From Eledone cirrhosa (taxonomy: Eukaryota): a stretch of DNA of 64,000 nucleotides. The translations under genes and the position numbers were made by a program. The notes beneath the pieces were generated by a model. That model searched no databases and was not told the DNA's origin. It worked only from the letters and a program-made list of their open reading frames with translations. Location: assembly GCA_964016885.1 (NCBI GenBank), contig OZ024743.1, forward strand, positions 367,598,001 through 367,662,000, given 5' to 3'. Of the stretch, positions 1 through 11,197 are shown in pieces (positions within the stretch are counted from its first letter, which is position 1; every line of letters starts with the position of its first letter).

Positions 1-94
1 TACACACGTACACATACATACACGCACGCACACACAGGCAGGCACACACACAACAAACATACATAAGGTACATTCACGCATACACATATACAAA

Positions 95-708
95 AATATG
101 GTGGCTGCCAACTCGTTTTCGAGTACGGCCACTACTTTATATCCATGTAGGAGAACCCCTACCGATGCGCTGAACGAGTGTGACTTTTGAGTCCAGCCAG
201 CGACTTGAAAACTCTGGTACAAACACTACACTTGTGACAATTATTGACACATAGTGCTGGGCCCATGGTACCATGTGACGACAAGTGCAGAGAGATCTCC
301 AGATATAAAGCAATGCCTGTGCCATGAAGCTTTTATAGTGAGCAAAGGCACTGCACAAAGCCAGTCCCACTCTCTTAACCAAGATGATATTTACCAAAAA
401 GAAGAACAAGTCAACATCATTGGATACCATCAGGGTTGCAGGTGTTATATCAGAGTTTTCCTTCTCCTAGAATTCTGCCTTGACAAAGGCTAAGGGGTCA
501 TCTCTCCCGGTGATTTTGGATGGCCATTGACTCTTAAGAGCTCCTTTGCCCTTTGACAGGTTTTGTTTTTAGTCCTGCAGGATGTCCAAAGTCACCCTCC
601 TCACCAAGAAAACTTGGTGGGGTTGCCAGTTTAGTCGCCAACGACCCGACCATGAAACAGGTTGTACTGGGATACATGTTACCAGTAGCACCAACTGGTG
701 ACCTGACA
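95..708 (-). mobile_element. Non-autonomous bipartite RTE-derived element (RTE-like 5' UTR joined to C-terminal C2H2 zinc finger and 3' end)
   Basis: The minus strand has a structured 5' leader and the RTE 5'UTR-like motif AGGCAGAATTCTAGGAGAAGGAAAACTCTG. It then encodes CHKCSVCTRVFKSLAGLKSHTRSAHR* (C-terminal C2H2 finger typical of BovB-like RTE ORFs) and a short 3' hairpin. No RT sequence lies between the two parts. Confidence 0.55.
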
Positions 709-714
709 TAAATA

Positions 715-972
715 ATATGCACATATACATACAAAAATATACACATATATATACACATATATAAAAATATGTGTACATACATACGTGCACACACACACAC
801 ATATATACATATACATATATATATATGTATACACACACGCTCTCATGCATTCACACGCATACACACATTCAAATGTACACATATACATACATATATACAC
901 ACGTACGCACATATATATACATACATACACACACACACATATATATATATACATATATACATACATGTATAC

Positions 973-1023
<51 letters not shown>

Positions 1024-1218
1024 TATATATACATACACATACATACACATATACACACATACACACACATATATAAACACGCACACACACACACACATAT
1101 ATATATATATCTAGTTTGAAACTAAACACCATATTTGTACTGCCTCTCTGTTTTCTGTTCATATAATAAACTACATATATATATATATATACACATATAT
1201 ACACATAGACACACATAC

Positions 1219-1265
<47 letters not shown>
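715..1265. repeat. Compound (TA)n/(CA)n/(TACA)n microsatellite, representative of many such tracts in the window
   Basis: Directly visible. It is the source of the YIYI/CVCV/HTHT ORFs. Confidence 0.97.
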
Positions 1266-1267
<2 letters not shown>

Positions 1268-1716
1268 ATTCTAACACATATATGTCCTAGAAACGATCGT
1301 TAAATAATGAACTTTTTTTGTTTAATATAAGGAACTGTTTCATTGTTTTATTCATTATTTTTTTAATACTTTATCTTGACTCTGTATTCCATTTATGTTT
1401 CACCGAAAGTGATTTTTGAATGCATCTCTTCTTTCCATGATATCCGGATTACATTGAGTTCTTCATACGGATTGGACACTACCGTAAACTCTTGGTAGAT
1501 TTATCTACTATATATACACATATATATATATATACACATATATATAAATATATATATATAATATATATATATACACACATATATATATATATATACACAC
1601 ATACACACACATATACATACATATATACATACATATATACATACATATATACACACATATACATACATATACAAATACATACATATATACATACATATAT
1701 ATATATATGTATATAT

Positions 1717-2570
1717 ATATATTAGTAAAAAGGAAAAGAAAATGCTGACAAATTTTTCCCAGTGAAAAATAGTTTAATTAGGAATAAGTATAAATTAGTA
1801 ATAAGTATTAGTTTTAAGTTTTTACCGGTTTCTAATGCTTTTCAAAAATAATTTTGAGATAGAGCGCTCGTGATTTTTGCTATAATCTGATCAGTTTTGG
1901 AAAATCTTCCTGTTTTATGTGAAATAAGTGGCTCCAGAGGTATTAAGATTTGGTTGGTTGTTGAATGTCACGTGAATAAGCACTATAAATTTCACACCAA
2001 TTCGTGTTGCAAAAATTCTTGTAGTCAAAACAATTTTGACATTTGTCTTAATAGACACCTGAACTGTTGACCCTTCAACATGACTGCAACTCACTCAATC
2101 GGAAAAGAACACTCTTCGACAAACCTACATTTGGTGCGAAACCAGTTTGCGCTAAAATCAATTTTAACATTCATATGACTTCTACCGACCAATCAAAATT
2201 GTTTTGACTACAAGAATTTTTGAAACACGAATTTGCACGAAATTTATAGTGTTTATTCACGTGACATTCAACAACCAACAAAATCTTAATATCTCTGGAG
2301 CCACTTTTTTCACATAAAACAGGAAGAATTTCCAAAACTGATCAGATTATAGCAAAAATCACGAGCGCTCTATCTCAAAATTATTTTTGAAATGCATTAG
2401 AAATGCGCAACCGGTAAAAACTTAAAACTAAAACTAAATACTAACTAATACTTATTACTAATTTATACTTATTCCTAATTAAACTATTTTTCAATGGGAA
2501 AAATTTGTCAGCATTTTCTTTTCCTTTTTACTAATATATCACAACTCGTGTGTCACACCTCTATTTTTTA
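1717..2570 (+). mobile_element. Fold-back (inverted repeat) element, Penelope pLTR-like, with one-sided tail
   Basis: Arms at ~1717-2039 and ~2194-2538 are reverse complements around a ~155-bp spacer. Only the right arm has the extra ~32-nt tail. It is flanked by (TA)n, and the same family occurs at 15391-15727. Confidence 0.75.
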
Positions 2571-2571
2571 A

Positions 2572-2602
<31 letters not shown>

Positions 2603-2914
2603 TATAAACACATATATACACACATACACCCATATATAAATAAAAACACATACACACACAAATATATATATATATATATATACATACACACATATATATA
2701 CATATAAAAATATTTAAACACCTACATACACACCTATATATATATACATACATACATATACATATAAATATATATATATATACATACACATATACATACA
2801 TACGCACATACATAGATACCTTAATGGTTCAAGTTTTCCTTGGATAGTCATGGAAAACTTGAACCATTAAGGTATCTTTTCTTGGTTATGTCAAAATTTA
2901 TAAAACAAACTTTG

Positions 2915-2975
2915 TATTTTATCTGATGAAAGCGTACCAAAGTTTTGGTACCCTTGAAATATATATAATAGAATA
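2915..2975 (+). ncRNA. Minimal type I hammerhead ribozyme (AUA cleavage triplet)
   Basis: tattttat-CTGATGA-stem II (AAGCGTACCAA/TTGGTACCCTT)-GAAA-TATATA-TA-atagaata. A hairpin at 2814-2877 precedes it. Confidence 0.8.
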
Positions 2976-3269
2976 AATATGGTTTTATAAATATAGTTTC
3001 CATTTATTTAATATCATTGAATTATACTCCAGAAAACCTGCCGAGTGCTCTGAATCAGTTATAAACATTTATATTTGTTGAATTACCAACAAATTGAATA
3101 TCCCTTTTGCTTATATATATACATATATATACATACACACACATACACATATACGTAAATACATATAAATGCACGTACACACAAACATACGCATACAATC
3201 GTATGGCCACTCATACAAATATGTACATACATACACTCATAAATATACACAAATCACACACACATATAT

Positions 3270-4620
3270 AGAGTATTACGATGAAGTACGCTCTACATGC
3301 GGAAAGAGCAGATAGGTAAGAAGTACTTACTGACTATAGTGCCATGTTTCGGGTTCAGAGGGGGTAGGGTTAGGGTGGGAAGGAGGTGGAGGGGGTATTT
3401 TGTCGAGTGGGGTTTAAAAAAAAAAAAAAAGGGAATCTTTTTTTAGCCATCTGGCATTAACACTGGCTTAAGGTATTTGAAAGTTGCAAAGTTTTTGTGC
3501 ATGAAATTCGGGCAGTGTTCAGAGAGTTTGTTCAGTAGCAGGCCCTTGGCAAATAATATTTCGTAGCTCTCTGAGATACAAAGTTCGCAGCACTTGTGTC
3601 TTCCCTTGTATGACAGCGCTTCTGGATTATTTTCCATTTAAGCGTGAAGCGGGTGGAGTTCCTTTTGAGGTCCCAGACATAGGAGGCGAGTGTTGTCTGA
3701 TTTGATTTGTCCAAACTTCTGAAAGAGTGGGTGTGGGCATATCACCAGGTCTTAAAATTATTGGAAGTCATGCCGATGTAAGTCTTTTTGTTGTTGCTAT
3801 CATCAGTGCCTGAGATGACATCACATTTGTATACAATGTCATTTGTCAGGCATTTGTTTTCAAGTGGGCAGGCTTCCTTATTTTGGCAATTGCACAAGGC
3901 TTCAGTCCGGGGATTGGGTTCGGAGGTAATTGGCTTATTTAACTTTTTAGAATTGAGATTGGCTATATTCCTAGCCAGGTTAGGTGTGGTGGAGTAGGAG
4001 AGTCTTATTGTGTTCTTATTGAAGATGGTGTAGTACCTATGTTGTTTAGGGAAGTGTGTGTTCAGCAAAGTGAAGAAAGTCCTAGCTATAGGTGTAGAGA
4101 CCTCTCTATTGAAGGAGGGGGGGGGTTGTACCAACTGATCTGCCTATGCCTATTCCTCCTAGGTAGTTTTGCGGTGGTTTCTAGGTAAGTTATCTTTTCT
4201 TTAAATCTGCTGCGGGGCGAGGGCGTCATTGTAGTAGGCGGCGGAAGCGTTAAATATATCTTCATTGGCCAAGAGGCCGGAGATTCTAATTGAGACACGT
4301 TTTACTAAGTTATCAGTGATGTTTTTGAGGTTGTTAGAATTAACATTAATATATCTAAGGGACTCGTTAGGTTTGTGGTACGGGTAATAGAAGGAAGTAT
4401 CTAGGTCGAGGGTGACATCTAAAAGATTGGCCCTGGTTATTCTAAATCCTAGATTACGGAAGAACGAGCTTAAGTTTCTACGAAACCCATCAGTGGTTCT
4501 GGGGTTAACCTTGTGCAAGGCGAAGAGGCCATCGTCTCAGTATAAACCTCCGGTGAGGCCAGTAAAGAGGTTCTTCAGGTGATGTAAAATGTACTGGCCC
4601 ATGAGGTCGCTTATTTCAGC
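3270..4620 (-). mobile_element. Penelope-like element, Naiad-like, 5'-truncated and degenerate (RT C-terminus plus GIY-YIG endonuclease)
   Basis: The translation contains GLY*DDGL (YRDDG-type RT motif C), LLDVTLDL, ISWYNPP, the CNC..CPL..C linker, IVYKC..YIGMT (GIY-YIG) and a C-terminal CELC. It has frameshifts and stops. Confidence 0.88.
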
Positions 4621-5035
4621 TTATTTCCCTTTTCTTTAAACCATTGAACCCCACCCATCCTGTAGACACCTGTCTTACAGGCATTGTTAGTCTAAGTGAT
4701 AAACTAGGATTGGTATTCCAAATATGATTTTATTTACAGTATTCTTTCTGCCTTTGTTAATACTATAGCTTTAAAGAATTAGCTTTTAATGAACTCCCTT
4801 TTCTTTAAATCCTTCAACCAATGACCTCCGCCCATCCCAATCCCCACCCTCTCCTACCACAAGAAAAGAAAAGATATAAATACCACTACTTACTTGGACA
4901 GCCCGCTCCCTGATGGTTTCTCATGAATGAAACAGTTCTAGTCCTGTAGAAGCTCTTCTATATTAAAACTTGTATACTCTGCTATGTATTGAGTTCCTTA
5001 CTTACTGTGGTTACCTCTGATTCAACTTGGAATAA

Positions 5036-5040
<5 letters not shown>
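4621..5040 (+). mobile_element. Probable Penelope-like 3' UTR fragment in inverted orientation, with a degenerate hammerhead-like motif
   Basis: It abuts the 5' truncation of the minus-strand PLE and has a similar C-rich UTR composition. CTGATGG...GAAAC occurs at ~4910-4935, and it ends at a (TA)n tract. Confidence 0.4.
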
Positions 5041-5074
<34 letters not shown>

Positions 5075-5116
5075 CTTCAAAATATTAATAAATATAGACA
5101 TTCATGTGATGAAATA

Positions 5117-5182
5117 TATTTTATTATATATATTTCAGAGGTACTGAGCTGTTTCATCAGTACGACCTCATCAGATAAAATA
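5117..5182 (-). ncRNA. Minimal hammerhead ribozyme (same TATATA/AUA type as 2915-2975)
   Basis: The reverse complement reads tattttat-CTGATGA-ggtcgtactga..tcagtacctct-GAAA-TATATA-TA-ataaaata. Confidence 0.8.
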
Positions 5183-5482
5183 AATTGATGTCTGACATAC
5201 CTCAACTGTGCTGATGGTTCAATTCCAGTTTTTAATCTATTATATATATATATATATATACACTTATATAAATATAAGTATGTATACGTACATACATATA
5301 TGCATACAGACGTACAGTAGTATGTATACATATATATACATACATGCACACATATATATATGTACGTATGGATTCACAGAACATTTATTATAGTGCTCGG
5401 TGTGTTTGTAAACAAACATCCCGAATTAAGCCGTAGTGTCTAGCAACCTTCGTTGCTCGTTTGTTCAACACTGACAAAGGAA

Positions 5483-5523
5483 CACTGTACTAGTTTCAAG
5501 CTTATTAGCTATCTTCAGCAATG
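5483..5523 (-). ncRNA. Minimal hammerhead ribozyme (GUA)
   Basis: The reverse complement reads cattg-CTGAAGA-tagctaataagctt-GAAA-CTAG-TA-cagtg. Confidence 0.85.
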
Positions 5524-5824
5524 TATACCTTTCTGCCAGATGGTTGAACGTCTGAAAGTATATACTTTCCTTATGCATATTAACATAACCTAATTTGCAT
5601 ATCGAGTGAGTTAATCGGCCGGGGTACCGAAAACGATAAATGGAAAAAATGAAACGAAATTTCATTTCTCACTCTTAGTACGGCTGTTACTTAAATTTCA
5701 TTTTTTCCGTTTATCGTTTTCGGTACCCCGGCCAATTAACTCACTCGATATGCAAATTAGGCTACTCAGCCGTTAATATGCATAAGGAAAGTATATACGT
5801 TCAACCATCTGGCAGGAAGGTATA

Positions 5825-5865
5825 CGTTGCTGACGATAGCTAATAAGCTTGAAACTAGTACAGCG
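5825..5865 (+). ncRNA. Minimal hammerhead ribozyme (GUA)
   Basis: cgttg-CTGACGA-tagctaataagctt-GAAA-CTAG-TA-cagcg. Confidence 0.85.
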
Positions 5866-6255
5866 TTCCTTTGTCAGTGTTGAACAAATGAGCAACAATG
5901 GTTGCTAGACACTGTACGGCTTAATTCGGGATGTTTGTTTACAAACACACCGAGCATTATAATAAATGTTCGGTGAATCCATACGTACATATATATATGT
6001 GTGCATGTATGTATATATATGTATACATACTACTGTACGTCTGTATACATATATGTATGTACGTGTACATACTTATATTTAAGTAACAGCCGTACTAAGA
6101 GTGAGAAATGAAATTTCGTTTCATTTTTTCCGTTTATCGTTTTCGGTACCCCGGCCGATTAACTCACTCGATATGCAAATTAGGCTACTCAGCCGTTAAT
6201 ATGCATAAGGAAAGTATATACTTTCAGACGTTCAACCATCTGGCAGGAAGGTATA

Positions 6256-6296
6256 CGTTGCTGACGATAGCTAATAAGCTTGAAACTAGTACAGCG
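6256..6296 (+). ncRNA. Minimal hammerhead ribozyme (GUA)
   Basis: Identical to the motif at 5825-5865. Confidence 0.85.
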
Positions 6297-6584
6297 TTCC
6301 TTTGTCAGTGTTGAATAAATGAACAACGGTGGTTGCTAGACACTACGGCTTAATTCGGGATGTTTGTTTACAAACACACCGAGCATTATAATAAATGTTC
6401 AGTGAATCCATAGGTACATATATATATGTCTGCATGTATGTATATATGTGTATACATACTACTGTACGTCTGTATGCATATATGTATGTATGTATACATA
6501 CTTATATTTAAGTAACAGCCGTACTAAGAGTGAGAAATGAAATTTTGTTTCATTTTTTCCGTTTACACTTATATATATATACTT

Positions 6585-7030
6585 ATAACCAAAGATTAAT
6601 ATGGTTCATTGAATACTCAATGAATACAGTTTTACAATAGATTAAAAGCACTCAACAGTGAAATATTCCTGGAGTTTTAATATTATTCAAAATATTAACA
6701 AATGAAGATATTCACATAATCAAAATATATATTTTATTATATATATTTCGAAGCTACTGTGTTTTTTTTTCCAGTACGTCCTCATCAAATAAAATATATG
6801 ATTTGATATATGACACCTCTACGGTCTTGATATTTCAATTCCAGTATTGGCAGTCAATACTGGAATTGAAATATCAAGACCGTAGAGGTATGTCATATAT
6901 CAAATCATATATTTTATCTGACGAAGACGTACTGGAAAAAAAACAACACAGTACCTTCGAAATATATATAATAAAGCATATATTTTGATTATGTGAATAT
7001 CTTCATTTGTTAATATTTTGAATAATATAT
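6585..7030. mobile_element. Fold-back element with two hammerhead copies (6731-6795 minus, C3U-mutated; 6912-6976 plus, intact)
   Basis: The arms meet at CCAGTATTG-gcagt-CAATACTGG (~6841-6863). The + arm reads tttat-CTGACGA..GAAA-TATATA-TA-ataaa. The minus arm extends ~100 nt further and resembles the tail at 3000-3110. Confidence 0.8.
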
Positions 7031-7844
7031 ATACTTATATGTATATGTGTGTGTGTATATACAAATATTATCATCACCATCATCATCATTCTCATATTTA
7101 TGTCAGATTTTCCATGGTGGCATATTTTGGATGCAGCTATTTAAGACATTTTTCAGTTGGATGCACTTCCTGATACTTACCCTTTCAGTCACTTCTGTTC
7201 ACTTGTAAATCTGTAGTTAACAGTGTTGCCTGCCCAGGTTATAAGACCTTTCTATACATATTTTTTGTATGTTTTGCAATGATGTTGTTGTTGTAGTGTC
7301 CATTATGCATCTTTCCCAGTAGATTGTTTATTCATGGCTATTGACACACTGGCCATAAAGCAGACAACCCCTCTTAATGTTCGAAATCACAATGATTGAC
7401 ATCCAGAGGTAGCTGACAAAGAAGTGTTGATCTTTTGGTTATTTTGATCATAGTTCTCAGTGGTTGTTTTTTTTCTGCATTTCATCTGACAATTTTGTGT
7501 CATTTCCAAGTGTAATATAACATAGGACATACTCATTACATTTCAGATGTTATATATATATATATACACACGCACATATATATATAAATATACAAACATA
7601 TCATCAACATCATCCTCACCACCACCACCATCACCATCACCATCACCATCATCATTTAATATCCTTTACTTCCATACTAGTATGGGTTAGATATACAACA
7701 AACATAAATTTATATTAGCAGTAGCATTAACAGAGCATGATTCATAATAGAAACATCCATGGAAGCATATAAAATGATTATGTGAGTATTTCAAGCGATG
7801 CCTCATTGCAGTTGGACTCATCTCTCTCTCTCTCTCTCTCTCCA

Positions 7845-8842
7845 GGCCATAACAGAAGAGTTTAAAACTAGCTACCCATGGGAACTTCTCTATGCAAATG
7901 ATTTGGTCCTTATAGCCAAGTCCATAAAAGAACTAGAAAATAAATTCAGTCTATGAAAACAAAATTTGGAACCAACGGGTCAGAGAGTAAATTTAGCCAA
8001 AACTAAGGTGCCAGTAAGTAGGAAAGAAAATAGGATCCTGATCCTTTCCGGGAAGTGGCCCAGCTCAATATGTAGAAAAAGAGTAGGCATAAACTCTGTA
8101 TGATGTACACAATATAAATCTTGCATGTAAAAGAGATGTAGTAGGGTAACGGGTAGACTAACAGGAAAGGAAGACTTTGTATGTAAAAGATGCACAGGAG
8201 TAATTGAGGGAAAGAGCATCAGTGATTTCAACCACTTCAAGTCACTGGAAGGGTCCATAGACGTGATTGGTAGCATCTACTATCAAGGTGACTTAATTAT
8301 AAATGGAGGAGGATACTCGATAATAGCTAGAATAAGGCTAGGATGGAAGAAGTTTAGAGAGCTACAAAAGGACGACTGTATGACACCTGTGTGCAAAGTG
8401 CAATGCTGCATGGTAATGAAACATGGGCAGTGACTCCAGAAGACATGAGTAGACTAGAGAGAAATGAAGCAGCCATGCTTCATTGGATGAGCAATGTGAA
8501 TGCGAGAGTAAGGCAGCAGCACTTGGATGAACTGAGGGAGAAACTGGGTTTAAGAGGAATCCAAGGTGGTGTGCAGGAGAGAAGATGGCATTGGTATGGA
8601 CATGTAATGTACATGAATGATGATCAATGGGTGAAGAAGTGCCAGGAAATCCCAGTGGAAGGAAGCTGCAATAGAGGTAGAGTAAGAAAGACCTGGGCAG
8701 AGGTTGTGAGAGCTGACCTCAAATCACTGACACTCACAGAGGTGATGATATAGAAACGCAGCAAGTGGAGAGATGTGCTGAGAAGGATCCATCCAACCTA
8801 TGCAAGTGTGGAAAAATCGATGTAAAAATGAAGATGATGATA
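7845..8842 (+). mobile_element. Degenerate 5'-truncated RTE LINE (RT end, PHD-like insert, thumb, (GAT)n tail)
   Basis: PWELLYANDL, SAMLHGNETWA and WYGHVM motifs are present. It is homologous to 16293-19412 and has many stops. Confidence 0.88.
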
Positions 8843-9169
8843 TATACATATATGAATTTTCATAAAATTGTAGGATTCTCAGCATGAAGGGTAGCTGTAA
8901 ACAGCTGAATACTATATGTATAGTAAAAAGTCAGGTTAAGATATAACCACATATTAAACAGAGAGCAGGAGAGAAAGGTAGAAAGAGAGTCTAAAGCATG
9001 AGATGAGAAACGAGAGGTGTATAGAGAAAGAAAAGGGGAGGAGAAGAGAAAAGCAGTAATGAGTTCAATGGAGCAGAACATTTGGAGAATTGCAAAGAAG
9101 GATAAAAATAATGGAGAAATGATGAAGAAAGTAAACTAAAAGAAAAATAGAACTTTAGCATCATATAAA

Positions 9170-9403
9170 TCATATTATTCTTGTTAGTTTACTTTGGATG
9201 GTACTTCCAGTGTAAGAGGAGTTACATTTTTTACACAAAAGCTTTTTCTGTTAAAAAACATCTTGAGAGATGCTGCAGCCAAGACATTGAAATCACCATA
9301 GAGGTGATAAATAGGAATATAGGCAATTTAAGAATCAAAGAGGCCACTTTCATCAACCAGATAAATAACAGATCGGAAATGCATGAAGCAGACAGATTAC
9401 TGT
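9170..9403 (+). mobile_element. GIY-YIG endonuclease C-terminal fragment (Penelope-like)
   Basis: SVKKHL..IEVI..LRIKEATFI..INNRSE resembles the end of PLE GIY-YIG domains. Confidence 0.55.
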
Positions 9404-9598
9404 AATTGTTTCTACTTTAGGCACAATACCTGCAATAACCCAGTGCATTACTGGTGATTTATTTTATCGACCCCATAAGGATGAAAAGCAAAGTTACCCT
9501 CGGCAGGATTTGACCTCAGAACATAAAGGGCCATCATAACTCTATGCTGCAAAGCATGGTGTCTGATGCGCTACCAATACTGCTAATTCACCGCCCTT
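9404..9598 (-). mobile_element. tRNA-derived SINE with central GCCTTTCATCC..GGGGTCGATAAAAT domain
   Basis: It has a tRNA-like head (GGCGGTGAATTAGCAGTATTGGTAG) and the conserved core. Other copies are at ~10563-10662(-), 43450-43595(-), 49845-49928(+), 53546-53645(+), 59615-59760(+), 59790-59985(+) and 61983-62135(+). Confidence 0.8.
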
Positions 9599-10749
9599 TA
9601 TAGTAACCAGACTGGTTACTATAATGACTTCACAGATGTGTATTTCAGGCATGTAAGCCCTGTTAAAGAGGAACATATTTGGTTGTTCGTTTTGATTTGA
9701 ACTGTTTCAGCTCCACATTTGAAAAGTGGGGAATAGCCCTGAAATATCATGTTGAAATATATTGGGTAAAACATTACTTTGTTTTGTTTTATTTGTCATT
9801 ATTTGCCCTACTGCATTGTATCAGCTTTTTTGAAACTTATCAGTCTTTTAAATATCTCAATGTTTTATATTAGCTATATATATGAATATATATATATATA
9901 TGTGTGTGTGAATGATATATATACATACATATATATTCATGAGAGAGAGAGAGAGAGAGAGGAGAGACAGAGAGTAAGAGAAAACAGAGTGCGATGTAAA
10001 AATTATGTACTTAAATATTTAAAGAATTTATATGAAATTTTATTCGGAAGAATCTGGAAGGAAATGAAATATGTGATTAAAAACAATGAGTTCTTCATCG
10101 AAAATTCAATCCCCTAAATATATGAACTTGTGAACTCCTTAAAATTTTCCGGAAATATACAATTAGCATATTTATATTTCAGACGTTTATTTCTCAAATT
10201 TAATTAGAAATATTATTAAACAAAGATGTAACTTTCCAAGTTATGCACTTCATGAAAAACTTTAATTTAAATACAAAGGAATCAAAACAATAATATCATT
10301 ATAATCCTAATTTTCATTTTTATACTATTATATATGTATATGTATATATCATCATCATCATCATTTAACGTCCACTTTCTATGCTAGCATGGGTTAGACA
10401 GGTTGTCCCATTTGTGGCATGTTGGGTCAGGTGATCATGTCTTGCTCATATAGAACTGTTTCTGGCTAGATTTCTACAGCTGGATGCCCTTCCTAATGCC
10501 ATACATACACACACACATATATATAATTGTATTTGTGCTAGCAAGGAAAAACAAACATTAAATAATTGTTTCTACTTTAGGCACAAGGCCAGATTTACCC
10601 AGTGCATTACTGGTACTTTATTTTATCGACCCCGTAAGGATGAAAGGCAAAGTTAACCTCGTTAAATAATGATGAGGAGATGATGTATAAATGTTTTTCA
10701 GGTTTCAATCTATATACTACTAAAACTCTGATCTTGATTGGTTGGTTGG

Positions 10750-10788
<39 letters not shown>

Positions 10789-10843
10789 ATTGCTTGCTTG
10801 CACACACTTTCTCTATATATATATGTTCATATTTGTGTATATA

Positions 10844-11040
10844 CAGGTTGTCCCCCCAAAAATGTATACCCACTTTGATTGCCTATACATGCATTATTTG
10901 TTAGGATGGTGTATACAATTTTAGGGACCCCGGTATTATTATATATATATATATAGTGTCCCCGAAAAATGTATACACACTTTGATTACCTGTACAGGCA
11001 ATATATATATTAGAATGGTGTATACATTTTTAGGGACCCC

Positions 11041-11081
<41 letters not shown>

Positions 11082-11164
11082 TGTCCCGAAAAATGTATAC
11101 ACACTTTGATTACCTGTACAGGCAATATATATATTAGAATGATGTATACATTTTTAGGGACCCC

Positions 11165-11197
<33 letters not shown>

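Larger units (their letters stand above)
5271..6565 (+). repeat. ~430-bp tandem repeat (two near-complete + units and a stub) preceded by one inverted unit; one hammerhead per unit
   Basis: The period is 429-431 bp (AGTAACAGCC at 6082 and 6511). The inverted copy spans ~5271-5695. Hammerheads are at 5483-5523(-), 5825-5865(+) and 6256-6296(+). Confidence 0.92.

Noticed and set aside
534-2813. Many 60-140-aa ORFs rich in YI/CV/HT dipeptides (also at 34-38 kb and 63 kb)
   Set aside because: They are translations of (TA)n/(CA)n microsatellites, which lack stop codons in most frames.
3361-3405. Telomere-like GGGTTAGGG and G-rich runs
   Set aside because: It is a single unit within the C-rich 3' UTR of a PLE read on the opposite strand, not an array.
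3742-4545. In-frame TGA codons in the Naiad-like ORF as possible selenocysteine
   Set aside because: The TGAs fall at Trp and Arg positions (KTW*Y, LY*DDG), not at conserved Cys, and the copy is also frameshifted. They are ordinary decay.
5465-6314. Repeated 66-68-aa ORF MKFRFIFS... in the 430-bp units
   Set aside because: Similarity follows from recent duplication, one unit has frame-breaking deletions, and no domain is recognisable.
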